64,000 nucleotides of DNA, from positions 2,763,822 to 2,827,821 of the forward strand of contig MU053472.1 of assembly GCA_013239625.1 (NCBI GenBank). The letters run 5' to 3'. Source of the stretch: Lama guanicoe (taxonomy: Eukaryota). Positions 13,535 through 27,061 of the stretch are shown piece after piece. The position numbers were made by a program, and so were the translations under genes. The notes beneath the pieces are model-generated. The model did no database searches. It was given only the letters and a program-made list of their open reading frames with translations, and was not told the origin of the DNA. Position 1 is the stretch's first letter, and each line of letters opens with the position of its first letter.

Positions 13535-14769
13535 CTGTTGAAAAAAAAAGCCAGCTAAGATAAATATTTCTCTTATCAAAAAAAAAAAACAAAACAAAAA
13601 ACCCAATATAAATTCACAATTCTGATAATAGTCTAAAAAGATGAGGTGCTGCTTCTAAATGCAATTTAAAAAATTCTTCAACAAAACAAAACAGCATTTG
13701 ACAAATGCTACCTACTTTGTATTTTAAAGACGTTTTTCCTTAAGCACAGTACTAGTCTTGCCAGGATACATGACCATGTCTGAGGGAAAAATATGAGTCA
13801 TGAAACTCAAGCCTGGGTGGACGTTCCACATGTTCTATGTACCTTAGAACAGAGTCCTCAACTTCAGTCATGAGTTCCCATAGAGACCCCACTACTGACA
13901 TTAAAGCTGATCAGCCTGGTGATAGTAATCTGGGCTAAATCTAATCCAGGGGCCCTTGAAAGAATGTATGCCCTTCATGGAAAATTTATAGAAGTATCAT
14001 GAAAGCTCTATTCTCAGATCCTGAATGAGCTCGGACTTTGAGGCTGTATATGAGAAAATAAAACTGAAGGAAATGAGTTCATAGTTCTTTTGGATGTTTG
14101 TTTATGCATCTATTAACTTGAAAAAGATATCTATCTCATGAAAAAAGCAAGAACATATAGATGTCAAATAGTTATGAGATGGATGATGATTTATAAATAA
14201 TTGTACAAATGATGTATGAAGATCTTGAAGATAATAAATTATTACAATCATTTAGGGAGAAAAGCATTAGTATATGAGGTTTCTTCTAGTATCCATACTA
14301 AAAGCCAGTTACTTGGAGCTATAATTTTTTTTTTTTAACTAAGAAACAGGGCTAATGGTTTGCCTCTTCGTGATTTCACCATCATGAGTTTCTCCTACCA
14401 TCATTTCCTACCATTCAAAACAAGCCAATTCCCAGATAATTGCATAATTTCATTTCTTGAAAACAAAACTTTCTTTTTATATGTAACAGTTTAAAAATTC
14501 ACTGTGCTGGGCAAGACATTTGAGAACAAAAGTCTCAGAATACTGAGGACGGAGGGCTGAGTGGGGATTCTACCAAATAAACATGAGGCACAGATCACCA
14601 AAGAGACCACTCAACCACGTGCACAGAGGAAATAAAGGGAAGGGTAGAGGAGGAATACAAACAAAGATATGGGTGCAGGGAACTAATGGTGCTAGAATGA
14701 ACAAAGAAGAAACTACCTACCTGTAAACAAAGGGTCTTTCAATGGAAAGAAGAACCTTAGACAGATTTG

Positions 14770-14890
14770 TATATTAAATATTTACTGAGTGCCTACTGCA
14801 TGCCAGATGCTATTCTAGGCACTAGAATCCCTAAGTGAGCCAAGAAAAACAAAATCTCTACCCTCATGGAGCTTATATTTCTGTATATTT
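14770..14890 (-). mobile_element. L2 3' end
   Basis: aaatatttactgagtgcctactgcatgccagatgctattctaggcact...ccctcatggagctta. Confidence 0.75.
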
Positions 14891-15537
14891 GTGTGTAGTG
14901 GTTAAGACGGAGGAAGGTCTTAAGAGACAATACATAAAACACATGATAAATAAATTATATGTACATGAAATACGATATACATCAGTATGCTGACTTCTCA
15001 GCTTCCTCATTATTTGGGAGAAAGGAAATGTTTCTAAGGGACCTTGTACAGGCACAGGAATTGAACTTGCTCAGTGGAAAGAGAAATCCCTAATTACCAC
15101 TATTAGGTGGGCTGATGTGAAACTTTTAGGGAAATTTAACAGACAGAATGATATCAATAAAAATAACAATATACATCAAGGAAAGTTTTCTAGTTTAAGC
15201 TGAGGGAAAAAGAGAAGAGAACCAAGAGAAGAGATAGGTTTACTATTAGATTACAGAAAAATCTGTATAACAGGGGGCTGTTATTTCAGAAATAGTTATA
15301 AAGTTTTTATCACTCAGTAATATTGCTTACCCAAGGAATGAGAAATGTTTATTGCCCCGAGCCACATCTGGATGTATGTCAAGTGACATGCCTTTAGAAA
15401 GTATGTCTCTCTTACACAACAGAACACAGAAAACATAGCCCATGGTCTCAGTTTAGTGAAGGAACTCAGATTCTTTCCTTTCAGAAACACAGATGGATTT
15501 TAGCTTTCTTTTTTTTTCTTCCGGATAGATACAGACA

Positions 15538-15965
15538 ATGAGCTTTGACTTTACAGAGTTTGGCTTGAATTCTAGGGCCTTAGCCATATATTTTATCATC
15601 TCTAACACTTGCTTCTTCCATCTATGAAATATAGATATTAGCACTTCACAGGATTGTTCTGAGATAAGCAATGAAAACTGCCTGGCACAGGTCCTGATAA
15701 ACAGCAGGTATTAAATAATTCCATTTTCTTAATCACATAAGTAAGTGACAGTTAAGAAGTCAATGCAAAAGAGTGGAAAGAACACGGGACTTGAAGCTGA
15801 AACACTCAGGTTCAAATTCCAGCTGTTATTTACTCACTTAGGCAACTATCACCTATTTACCTAAGTTTGATAATTACAAAATGAGAGTAAGAATTTCTCC
15901 ATCTCTGTCTGGATTATAATAATTGAATCAGATGGCATACTAAGTACTTTAAAGTGTGAAGTATT
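15538..15965 (+). mobile_element. Two tandem MIR SINE relics
   Basis: MIR core-like catctatgaaatatagatattagcacttcacaggattgtt and ggttcaaattccagctg...aaaatgagagtaag. Confidence 0.65.
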
Positions 15966-17443
15966 ACATGAAAAAATTAAGCATCATCATAACTTGAAAA
16001 AAACTTCCTGAGGATGTTTTAAAAATATACTATTTTTGAATATGCTGTAATGAAAGGTCCAGTAAGTTACCCTGTAGGGTACTTTTAGCATAATACATTT
16101 TATTACAATTTACAGAAAGTTAGCACCTAAAGCAGGATGTATAAAGTTTATGGATTCCTAGAGAAGTTGCTGTTACAATGGGAATTTAAATAATCTGTTA
16201 TTGTTCCTTAGGTATTAACTACTTTCAAAGGACTCCAAAAAGTTAAACGAGTTTATCTGAAAAATCCTGTCATGGGATTTTAAATCTTTACCAAAGTAAC
16301 TAGCATTCCAATATTTAAAAACCCATTTCATCGAACAATGTACCGAATTTAAGTGGGAGAAAATATATTCCTTGAAGGAAGAAAAATAAATACTCGAAAT
16401 TCTGAGTGACTATCATGGCAGGAGAGTAGATGACAAGCTCAATGAATTTATCTCAAACACCAAAATCGAGTATTAGAAACTGGGCAGGTAGAAGCAGCTG
16501 AAATTTTCCTTTTTCATTCTCTTCTAAGAACTGGAGGTAGAGAGGTATTAAGCAGAAACTTGGGGGATAGAAGTGTTTTTAATTATTAGGGAATCAGACC
16601 AGGGCAAAGAAATTATTCACTGTTTTTGCCTGTCCTTTGGTGAATGCTTCCTTGTTGCAAATCTCATTAATTAAGACACTCTTTTCAGGTTAATTTTATT
16701 TTATTCTAGTGAGATTTGCCTTTCATATCATAGTCCTAGAAGCACGTATCCATTTCCTCTCATTTAAGTTCTTATTCTTAGCCTCTTTTCTCTCCTCTCT
16801 TCATATATGCACACATACACACACCTATCCTAAAGATTTTGTTCAGAGTGGTTTTGAAGACTAGCAGATTCTCACTTCTCTAACCACAAACCACATCTCC
16901 TTGCCACCTCAGGGCTCCCTTTCTTCCCCATTCTTCTCCACACTGACTGGTATTCTATAAAGGGTACTGGTTCCTTGAGAGGAAGTGTTATGTATAGAGT
17001 GTGTGAAAGAAAAGTAGAAATAATGAAAGGCAGTACTTCCCCAGCTCATGGTCAGTAAAGATATGACATTTTTGGACTATGTATATTAATATGGTGTGCA
17101 TTTTCCTACATAAAAACATTATTTTTGTTAGGTAAAAGACCTGGAGAAACAGTTTCACTAGGCAAAAAAAGCAAAATAAAGAGAGGAAGGAAAGGAGAGA
17201 GGAAGAAAGAAACCAAGAAATAAAACAAGGAGAAAGATAATAAATAGGAACATTTTTCCAACAGAAAGGAAATTCTGCACCAAATTCACTAACCTCTAAA
17301 TGACATTTCACGGGTGACAACCTAAGCATACTTCTACCAACCAAGAAGCAGAACCAAAATGTTTACAATTTGCCTTGGATGGAGCAAGAGAAATATGTTT
17401 CCAGTGACTTTTAATAGGGTCATCACCATTAAGCAGGATATCA

Positions 17444-17593
<150 letters not shown>

Positions 17594-17907
17594 TTAAAAT
17601 GGGACATTCATATATAATCCAAAGAACACTTTAATTTTACCACCTATAGGTGTGTGGAATTATGCTTTACACCTTGTTTACAACTGGAAAGAGAGGTGTG
17701 GGATCCCTGATCAGTAGTACTAGACTGTCTAGATGGTTGGACAAGCATTCTAATGTATCTAAAAGCTGGGTCTCATATTCATCCCAGGTGGTTGTCCAAT
17801 CCGTTCAAAGCAAACCCAGCTGTCCTTTTGCTTGTATTACTTATGGCTAATGCCCTGTAAATATACTTTTTTCATCACATTAAAACTGGATAAAGTCAAT
17901 GGATCAG

Positions 17908-17974
17908 GGTGTAGGGTATAGCTCAAGTGGTAGAGTGCATGCTTAGCATGCATGGTACTGCCATTAAAAAATAA

Positions 17975-18009
<35 letters not shown>

Positions 18010-18100
18010 GCAAGCAAGCAAGCCAGCCAGCCAGCCAGCCAGTCAGCCAGCCTAATTCCCTCCCTACTTCCCCCAAATAATCATAACATAAATTTTTTAA
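17908..18100 (+). mobile_element. tRNA-Ala-derived SINE (Vic-1-like) with B-box deletion and compound microsatellite
   Basis: gggtatagctcaagtggtagagtgcatgcttagcatgcatg. Perfect 16-bp TSD aaagtcaatggatcag at 17892-17907 and 18101-18116. Confidence 0.92.
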
Positions 18101-18200
18101 AAAGTCAATGGATCAGCAGGAATTTAATCCCATTCAGTAGATACTTGGCCATCCAGTAGCTGACTTTTAAGGTAAGGTATAAAGTAGTTTCTAGCACAAA

Positions 18201-18333
18201 CAAGCAAAATAAGAAGTGAAAGTGGAGAAATTACAACCAACATCAAAGAAATACAAAAAATCGTAAGTGAATACTATGAACAACTTTATGACAATAAACT
18301 GGACAATCTAGAAGAAATGGACAAGTTTCTAGC
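18201..18333 (+). mobile_element. Short internal L1 ORF2 fragment
   Basis: Translates as KIRSESGEITTNIKEIQKIVSEYYEQLYDNKLDNLEEMDKFL, the L1 ORF2 segment between EN and RT. Flanked by a 15-bp direct repeat. Confidence 0.88.
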
Positions 18334-19699
18334 ACAAATAAGGTAAGGTAAAAAAGAAGAAAAAGCCTTAAGATTATTTCAGTAGTTACTAGGGTTCTAA
18401 AATCTTTAGCTTAAATTAAAATAAGATTATCTAGAAAGTGCTCAAATCTATAGAAAGCATTCCTGTAAATTCACAAATATATTTATAGGTGGATGTGCTT
18501 TAATTTCTCAACATAAAAAAAATTCATTATTTGTATTGTATTTTATGGCAGCCCAAGGCCATGGGGCCATGTGATTTACTTTAGAATGAAAATCAAGTGT
18601 GGAAATACAAGAGCACAGATTCATATGTTGTGAATATTCGGTCCCAGACAAAGGAGTTATTCACAACAAATACCTTTTCTGAACATTCCCACATTTCAGG
18701 AATGCTAAAGGACAATTTCATGTAAAAATGCAAAGAAACCACAAGCTGTTTTTGAGCATTTCATCCATTTTTCTCCCACGGAAGTATTCTTCTCCTTGTG
18801 TCAGTTGGTCAAACCATTTATAAGCCAATTAATTTATGTAATTTCATGTTTGAACTTTCAAAGAAAAGCCCAGTTGTTTAAAAGATATTTGTCACGTACG
18901 TTCTTTTAAAAACAATGCCATAACTAAATTAGAATTCAAGTATTCTTTTGTTAATAACACTTGGGTTCAATAACTCAGTTTTATTTTTTCTTATCCAAAT
19001 TCAAAAGCTCTATGCAATTTCATCTATCTTACAACCATGTAATAGCAATACCACTTCCACATCCTTACAGCTGTCATTTCTTATATTTTCTCATGACTCT
19101 CACAAGTCTATGAATTAAAATTTTAATTGTTTTCCTTTATTATCAGACTCCATTACATATTGAAATGGAAATTAACTTAAAGTATACAAGATATGTAAAT
19201 CAGAGTAGATAAAAATTAGAATGTGTTAACATGTCGGACACCTCAGTATATGCTGGATACTCTCAGAAGAGCATAAACAATGAATTTGTTGTGACACGTG
19301 CATGTTACTTTTTCATTTTTCTCAACTGCTAACTAAATACACAGAAAGGAAGATTAAAATTAAAAGAATATTAAGTAGTTTTAAGATTTTCCCCCAACTA
19401 GGAGTTTAGTTTATCTTAGTTTAAATGCTAACAAAATAACTAATTAATAAACTTCTTACACCTTAAATCAAGTCTATATACTTATTAATACTAGAGTTTT
19501 TCTAGTAAAGAGTTCCTAGAGGATCAAATTGACCTGTTAATTTATGTTAAATATTGACTATTCCTAGAAGTCTGGCTAACACAGACAGTGGAATTCTAGC
19601 AGGTTAAGACAAAAGCACAGATGAATGCCAAGGAATAATTGTTTTCTGTAATAAATTAAAGGTACTTGTATTTTCCCCATATTGAATTGTTAGGTATTT

Positions 19700-20305
19700 T
19701 TCTAAGGTTCCTACATCAGTAACTCACTTGATCCCCCAAACAATGCTATATACAATACCATTACATCCATTTTACCAATAAGAAAAGTGAGATAGACAGG
19801 TTAAGCAATTTGTTTCATGTCAGTGGCAGCACAGCAGGATTTCAACGCAGCCAACATGGCTCCCATGCTGTCCTCTCAGCCTCTCAGCTAAGGATGTTAT
19901 CCTCCTTTAGGCCTCTGAGCTTAATCCTGTTTTGCTGGGCTTCCACGGCACCTTTCATTTACCTCTGTATTTAAACTGTCTCCCTCACTAGACTTCAGGA
20001 TCCTTGAGGAAAGGAAATTCCCCTTTCACTTCCTCATCCAAGCACTCAGTGGTTGAGACAAAACTGATGAATAACAATAAAAAATGGCTGAGTACTTGTG
20101 TTCTAGGTACTGTGTTAGTTCATATATAATATCCTAAATCCTGACGTTAGCCTTTGCAAAGAGTGTCTTAACTGTTCCATTTTAAAAATTAGAAATCTTG
20201 GGCTCAAAGAGACTAACTTGACTGAGGTTACACAGCTAAGAGGCAAACCTGGTTTAGGAACCTAAGTAAGCCTGACTCCAAAGCCAGTTCTCATCCCACT
20301 ACACC
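19700..20305. mobile_element. Cluster of MIR (-), L2 3' end (+) and MIR (-) relics
   Basis: ccattttaccaataagaaaagtgagatagacaggttaagcaatttg; ctgtctccctcactagact; ccattttaaaaattagaaatcttgggctcaaagagactaacttgactgaggttacacagct. Confidence 0.65.
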
Positions 20306-21169
20306 ACAACACAACACACCTGCAAATTACTCAGTTGAGATCAATATTGTGATAAAGAGCTTCTACATTAAAAAGAAAAGTTAGATTATGAACATTTCTA
20401 GTATTGCCAAGAGACAGTAATATATAATGGATAAAGTAACTATGCGTCAGTAGACAATAGTTTTCTGAATTTTACTTATAACTGCACATTTTATCATATC
20501 ACTTTGGCCAAATCCACCACAAAACTACCAACAATTGTGTACAGAGTACCAAAGGAAATTCTGATCAAAATACTCCATTTCAAATATAACTGTTTCTATT
20601 ACATTAGAGAAGGACTGGGATAAACATGAACTCATCAAGGAATGTCATTTTCACAAATCTGCAATTTGAGACATTAAGTTTTTTTTACACAAATAATTTT
20701 TCACACAAATAGCCAAAGATGCCCTAACCTTGCCACAGATGTCTGAAATACCTAACCAGGTGTTAAAATCACTTAAGGCAGGTTTTATATGAAATTTCCT
20801 TTATAACTAGTGCCTGAAACTTTGGGAAAAGACTACCTATCTATAACCCCGGAAAGAATTAAGTCACCGTTATTTAGTTAAGTGCGCTTTACTATAATTT
20901 CTTCGTGGGAAGGATGGATTTTGCCTCTGTTGTTCTTACTGCATCAAGCCATTTAGATCTGAAATCATCATGGTATGATGCAATGCCTAAAAGTCAATAA
21001 ACAAAATAGGAACATATCCAACAGGAAACAGCTTATTTGATGAGTAAGATGAATGATTAATAAAATTATAAACTCCCGAAAGCTGATAGCATTTTTGTTC
21101 ATTCGGTCATGTACCTTTAAATAAATTTTATAACAATATAAATCTACCATATAAATACAATTTACTTAC

Positions 21170-21250
21170 TGAAGCACAGGCCAAAATTCCAAAAAATCCA
21201 ACCTTCTGTACTAGGTTTTGAACTGCCAGTTTAGCCCGGGAGGCAAAGTC
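21170..21250 (-). CDS. VMP1: VMP1 coding exon (exon 8 equivalent, 81 nt)
   Basis: Translates as [27 protein letters not shown]. Acceptor ccttttatacag, donor GTAAGT. Confidence 0.98.
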
Positions 21251-22434
21251 CTGTATAAAAGGAGGATATCATAACATTAATGAAAAATAGAAGGAAGAAG
21301 GAAAAATGGTTCTTTATAGAGTTTATCATATTAAATGTCTCATAACCTGAAAGCATTGATTCATTTGATGAGATGAATGATGAAAAAAAATCACAGCAGG
21401 CTACACTGAAAGACATGCAAATAAAATCTTGATAGAACATTAATTACCAATCTTTAAAGATAAACTTTTATCATGTTTCGAAAATAAGCCAAAATACTGT
21501 TACTTTATTTTTCAGATTCTTTCTGGATTATCTACGGGTGAACAAAATGCTATAAACTAACTGTGAACCAACTTATTCTTTTGGAAATTCTAGCCTACCA
21601 CATATCTCTTCCTCTTTCTTTCAATAACTCAGCAGACTTACTCCCTGACTGACATCACAGTATTGTATCACAGGATTTTAAGGCAGCCAATGAAGACACC
21701 TCTACTGACCACTAGCCAGAAGATGGGGGAAAAAAACCTAGTTAACGTGGCAATAACTAAGCATTCACTACCCCCCAAAACAAATACTATCCTATATTTG
21801 TAAAGTTCGTACTAGGTTTTATAAACATTTCATTTGAGCCTTTTAATAATCCTGGGGTATATGTAGATTCTTCAGTCTCTGAAATCAGCTCTTTTTATTT
21901 CACTATGCCACCTCCCATGCTGAAACATGGATTTGGCTTGCTGGTTTATTTTCACAATTTCTTCTTTCAGCATGTGGATGCTGCAATTAAATATATGTAC
22001 ACAATTTTTTCTTAAAAGTCTCAATCTGAAGTTTGACTTCAACTGTTTTCTGGTCTTGAAATGGTATGTACTCCAAAATTTCAATAAGTCTTCACATCAT
22101 AGAACCTCTTCTCTTTTTAGTTCAATACTCTAGTAGGCAACAATCTTATAGAATGATCATAATATTTTTGTATTATCTTTTGGTAGAAGGTTCCTTCATA
22201 GAATAAACAGGGCTTAAAGCACCTCACTAATCCTCAACAGAAGTTGTGTATTTCAATTTTAAAAAATAAATGCAAAAAAATTTTTTAACCCATAATATTA
22301 TGTTGAACAGCTCTATCAGATTATCACAACAGTGAATACTGAAATTAAAAACAAAACCAAACCTTCCTCCTAATTACTTGATGATAATGGTGAAAAAGTC
22401 AAAGGAATTAAACCATAATATAGATTTTGAAAGT

Positions 22435-22552
22435 GGGGGGTGGGGTATAGCTCAGTGGTAGAGCACATGCTTAGCAGGTACAAGGTCCTGGGTTCAATCT
22501 CCAGTACCTCCATCAAAAATAAATAGACCTAATTACCTTCCCCTCAAAAAAA
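22435..22552 (+). mobile_element. tRNA-Ala-derived SINE (Vic-1-like)
   Basis: ggggtatagctcagtggtagagcacatgcttagc...aggtcctgggttcaatctccagtacctcc...cctaattacc with an A tail. Confidence 0.92.
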
Positions 22553-23449
22553 GAGATATTAACAGTTAACACAAACACTTTCAAATTCAAATATACAGGC
22601 TCTTAAAGTTAATCACTAAATTTTGTATTTTACAGTTTATTTCCAAAGACAAAATTTTTCTTCTTAGGATTTGGCTTACTCTTTTAGTAAGTACATTATA
22701 TAAGATTTAATAATTTTGAACAACTGAATTACTGCAGCAAAGGAGTCTTTGTATTTTTATTCCTATTTCTAACTGAAGATTTTTTTCTTAAATTAACATT
22801 CACTGCATTAAATGTGAAGTACTGATTTAAAAACTGTTTAGGAACATATAACAAAATCAGTTTTCCCATGTAATTTATTTTAAAACAAAGTACACTTCCA
22901 CTTATTTTGAATAATTTACACAATTCACAGATTACTAAATTTTTAATTCATAAGAGCACTAAATAAAAACTGGCCATAATAAACAGAAATGTTTTGAGTT
23001 TTTAAAATACCAAAAATTACTATCAGGTTATGAACTAGATATAAAAGTTTAATTATGATAGCCCAAGGGTTAAAAAATATAAATTCAGGAAAACATCTTC
23101 TTTACAGCCCTTGATATCTTCATAGCAAATCTACTTTAGTAGAGAGGCAAAATGGTACTCAATTGCGAAGAAAAAGTAAAACAAACAAAAAATTATATAA
23201 ATTTTATTCTAAAGACAACACAACTTTTTATAAACCTATTTTCTAAGTCTGATTGATGTGGGAACATTTTTCTATCATAGTATTTATGCAGTCTTCAATA
23301 TTTAAAATCAGACAAGATCAACAAAGTGTTGTATTTAAAATGTCTGATGTCCTGTTTTCTTTTATCTTAATTTCAAGGCTTTAGAATCTTTTATTTATTT
23401 AAACCAAGTGACTACAATACTGCCACCATTGTATATATATATTAAAAAA

Positions 23450-23610
23450 AAATTTTAATTGAAGTATAGTCAATTACAATGTGTCAATTTCTGGTGTACA
23501 GCACAATGTCCCAGTCATGCATATTCATACATATATTCGTTTTCATACTTTTTTCATTGAAGATTATTACAAGATATTGAACACAGTTTCCTGTGCTACA
23601 CAGAAGAAAC
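23450..23610 (-). mobile_element. 5'-truncated L1 3' end (artiodactyl/camelid-type)
   Basis: aattgaagtatagtcaattacaatgtgtcaatttctggtgtacagc, near-identical to the copies at 51210 and 56230. Confidence 0.85.
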
Positions 23611-24156
23611 TTTTTATCATTTTAAACTGATAGTATTTTTCTACTACAGAGATACATACACATATACATTTAAACTAGAAAAGAGGTAAGAATACTAATT
23701 GGTTTATATAAAGAAAAAGTGTTTAACATTATGCAGATCATCTAACATACAAAATAATAAAAATACTTCAGCATACAAAAGTTCCAGAGATCATGTTTTT
23801 AAAAACATCCTGAAAGTAAGGAGCTATATATCCCTTGGGAGAATCTCTTCGCTGAAAAGAAATCAGACAAGAACAAGGGAAGGTAGACTCCTTGTTCTTT
23901 CAGATGCCTGGTTGCCCATCACCAATTATCCTTAATGTTGCTTCAAGAATCTTTATTTGAAGGAAGACTTACTCTATCCAAATAAGTGAAATAGAAAGCT
24001 CCCTTTACCTCCCCCGCCCTTTTAAAATTAATTTTTAGCTGGCATGGCTTATAAGGAAAATAAGTCAAGTGTTTTTTTAATGGAGAGTTTTACTTTTTAA
24101 AAAGCCTGAAAGTATCTACTGAAAATGGATTTCATAAATCGTATTTACTGTGTGTT

Positions 24157-24197
24157 ACACACACACACACAGACACACACACATACACACACACACA
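24157..24197. repeat. Interrupted (AC)n microsatellite
   Basis: Direct reading. Confidence 0.95.
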
Positions 24198-27061
24198 GTG
24201 ACTGTGCTACTTTCAGTTCCTGTAATTTATTTTCCAGGTCTTTCACAATATTCTCGGAATTAAAATTACATTTATATATTAAATAATTCATAAAAAGTTA
24301 CTTAAATTGAACTAATACGAAGTCTGCACAGTTGCTTCATTACAAGAAACCAACAGTAGCAGAGTATGCAGCTTGAGGCAGTATTTTCTTGATGGTTTTC
24401 CTTGCCAGAATAATGAAAATGAACTCAAGGAAACATTATACTAGTCCTGGTACCAAATATAAAATATTTTATGATAGTAATTTAACTCATGTTTAGATTT
24501 CATAAACACACATTTTTTGTTGTTTTTATCTAAACTTATTTCACTTTTAAAGTCATATATTCAAAACTTACTGATATGACCTTAAAGTCTTTGTTAAGAG
24601 ATTTTACTGAAAACATTCCTTTTATTCTCTAAATGTTACATATTAAGTGTAATTGTATGTTCCTTATTTGTTGCTCTGTAGTTTTAAAAATTCTTTATTT
24701 TTGAACAATTTCTGTACTTTTTCATTACTTGCATAATTTGACAGCTTTCTTATGATGTAAAAGTAATATTTTTATGCACTAAAATATTTATATTCCTGTC
24801 TGATTTTAAAGAGAAGTGTACCATATGTATAATAGTAGACAATAAACCCAGCTTGACACACACACACATACACACAAAGTCAGCAGAAAATGGAAAAATG
24901 TAACAAAACAACGACAAAAAGCCAACCTTTTTTAAAACTAAAGTTTAAAAGAATGACTTCGAACAAAAATGTCTTCATTCTTCTTAGGCCACCAAATAAA
25001 ATAAACTAGCCAAGAAAAAATGTGAACCAAAAATAAACAACAATAATTTAAAGAAAAGGTTTAACAAATTAACATGTTAGGTATTCAATATTCAAGTTAA
25101 ATATTCAAAGGAAATAAATATTTCATTTTAATCGTTTTCGTTTGTTTGTGGGAACAGTGTAGCAAGTTCAATTTGATTACTTCCTCAACTGTCATTCTTC
25201 TCTAAAAAAAAAAAAAATCTGTACAACTAAACCCAAATTCCTTTTAGTAGTTTCATTTCTCTGGATTCACATTTCACAACATTTACGTATTTCACAACTT
25301 TTGGTGCCTGAGAGGAAAGTTTCGTCTTCTAGTTCTACCTAAATATGTAGCATGCATTTATAATTAATAATCATATATCACTTTCTATTTTTTAAAAATA
25401 AATGCACAAAATACTAGAAAATAAAATTATCTTTCTTCCCACAGACAGTGATTGTGTATATAATCAATCATGCTTCTGAAACTAAGAATGAGAGACACTA
25501 GGAACATTATTCCAGTGACTACAGAAGAAAAAAATGAAGAAAAGTTACAATAAGTCCTTACCACTGAGATTTCAAGGATTTATAAAGAAAAGCAGACAAT
25601 GCCTTCAAATATGAATATTCCTGTACTACTTTTTGCTACACATTTCATTTTCCTAAGAAACATATTTATGATTAAGAGAGAACAGAAAACTGTATGGCTA
25701 ATTATAACTAGCTTGCAAAATACTAGGTTTTGAATTGAGATTAACTTGGATCTATATATATGAAATAATATTTATCTTCTAATGGTAACAATAAGCCTTT
25801 TCATTTGCATGGGAAGTGATCACGTGAAATTCCAAGATTTCTTGTTTTAGTTAGTTTTAGTGTTAGTTTTAGTTGACCTATCACCATCAATGTAATGGTA
25901 ATTGGTCAGTAGTTTTATAAATTAACTGCCATCTTAACCCATTATATGTTACAACCTCTGCTGAGCTATTGTTCTTCTTGGATTTGACATTAAAGGAGCG
26001 CCACAGTCAATATTAAAAACCACAGAGCAACTGTTTCAAACAATAATTCCTTGTGTATAATAGGAATTTATGTTAAAATATACCATATTTGTGAAGTCTA
26101 AAAATGACTTGTTTATTCCTGTGTCCTAATCAAATATGTTGTGTCATATTATTATTCTCTATTAACCAGAAATAGAACTGAACAGTAATGACTTAATACT
26201 GTAAGCTGTTTCAGCATTGTAGACCATCATTTTACACTATTAACTTGTTAAGATCCTAATAAGCATGCAATTACATATTTTCTACAATGAAATAATGTTA
26301 CATAGTAAATAACATAATTAAAAGATACGACCATCTTCACAGAAACTAAATGAAATATAACTCATAATTTTTAAATCTTCTCTTAAAAATAGAATAAAGT
26401 GTGTCTTAATTGCAATTGCCTACCCATTATCAAGACTCATTATGAGCCATTTTCACATAAAGATATAGAGTATGAATTCTTTAAAGTCAAGGTGAATAAA
26501 ATATTTTATCTTACTGCTGATATCCTCAACAATATCATTAATGTAATTAATAAGTTTTAATGTTGCATATTTGAATAGGCCTCCTTTAAATGAAGTAAAA
26601 TTTCAAAAGAGTCATATATCATCTATTCTGTTTTTGAGTTATAATGGACTCAAACTTATGAGATGAAGATTGTTAGGAAACAAACTCTTGAGTTACAAGA
26701 AAACGTAGGGGTACTAACTTGGTGAAATAAAGTGATTATGACAATAGGAAGTAATTAATACATTACTTAATACAGTACTTATGGGATGCTGGATTACAAA
26801 ATACACATACCTTTGCCAAAAAAAGTGATGAGAACAGAGCTGTACAACTACATTTGAAAATGAAATTTTAATATCCAATTTATAGCTTTTATATTACTAA
26901 GTCAGAGATAATCACTAGACTGTCTACTTAAATTGGAAATTAGGGTAAAATTCTGTAATAGTGCAAAAAAACCACATCATATAAACACATTTCAGAAAAG
27001 CAAAGCAATTTCATTTGGAAGATAATTTAGGGATTTAGAAGTCTTAAGAAAAGATTATAGA

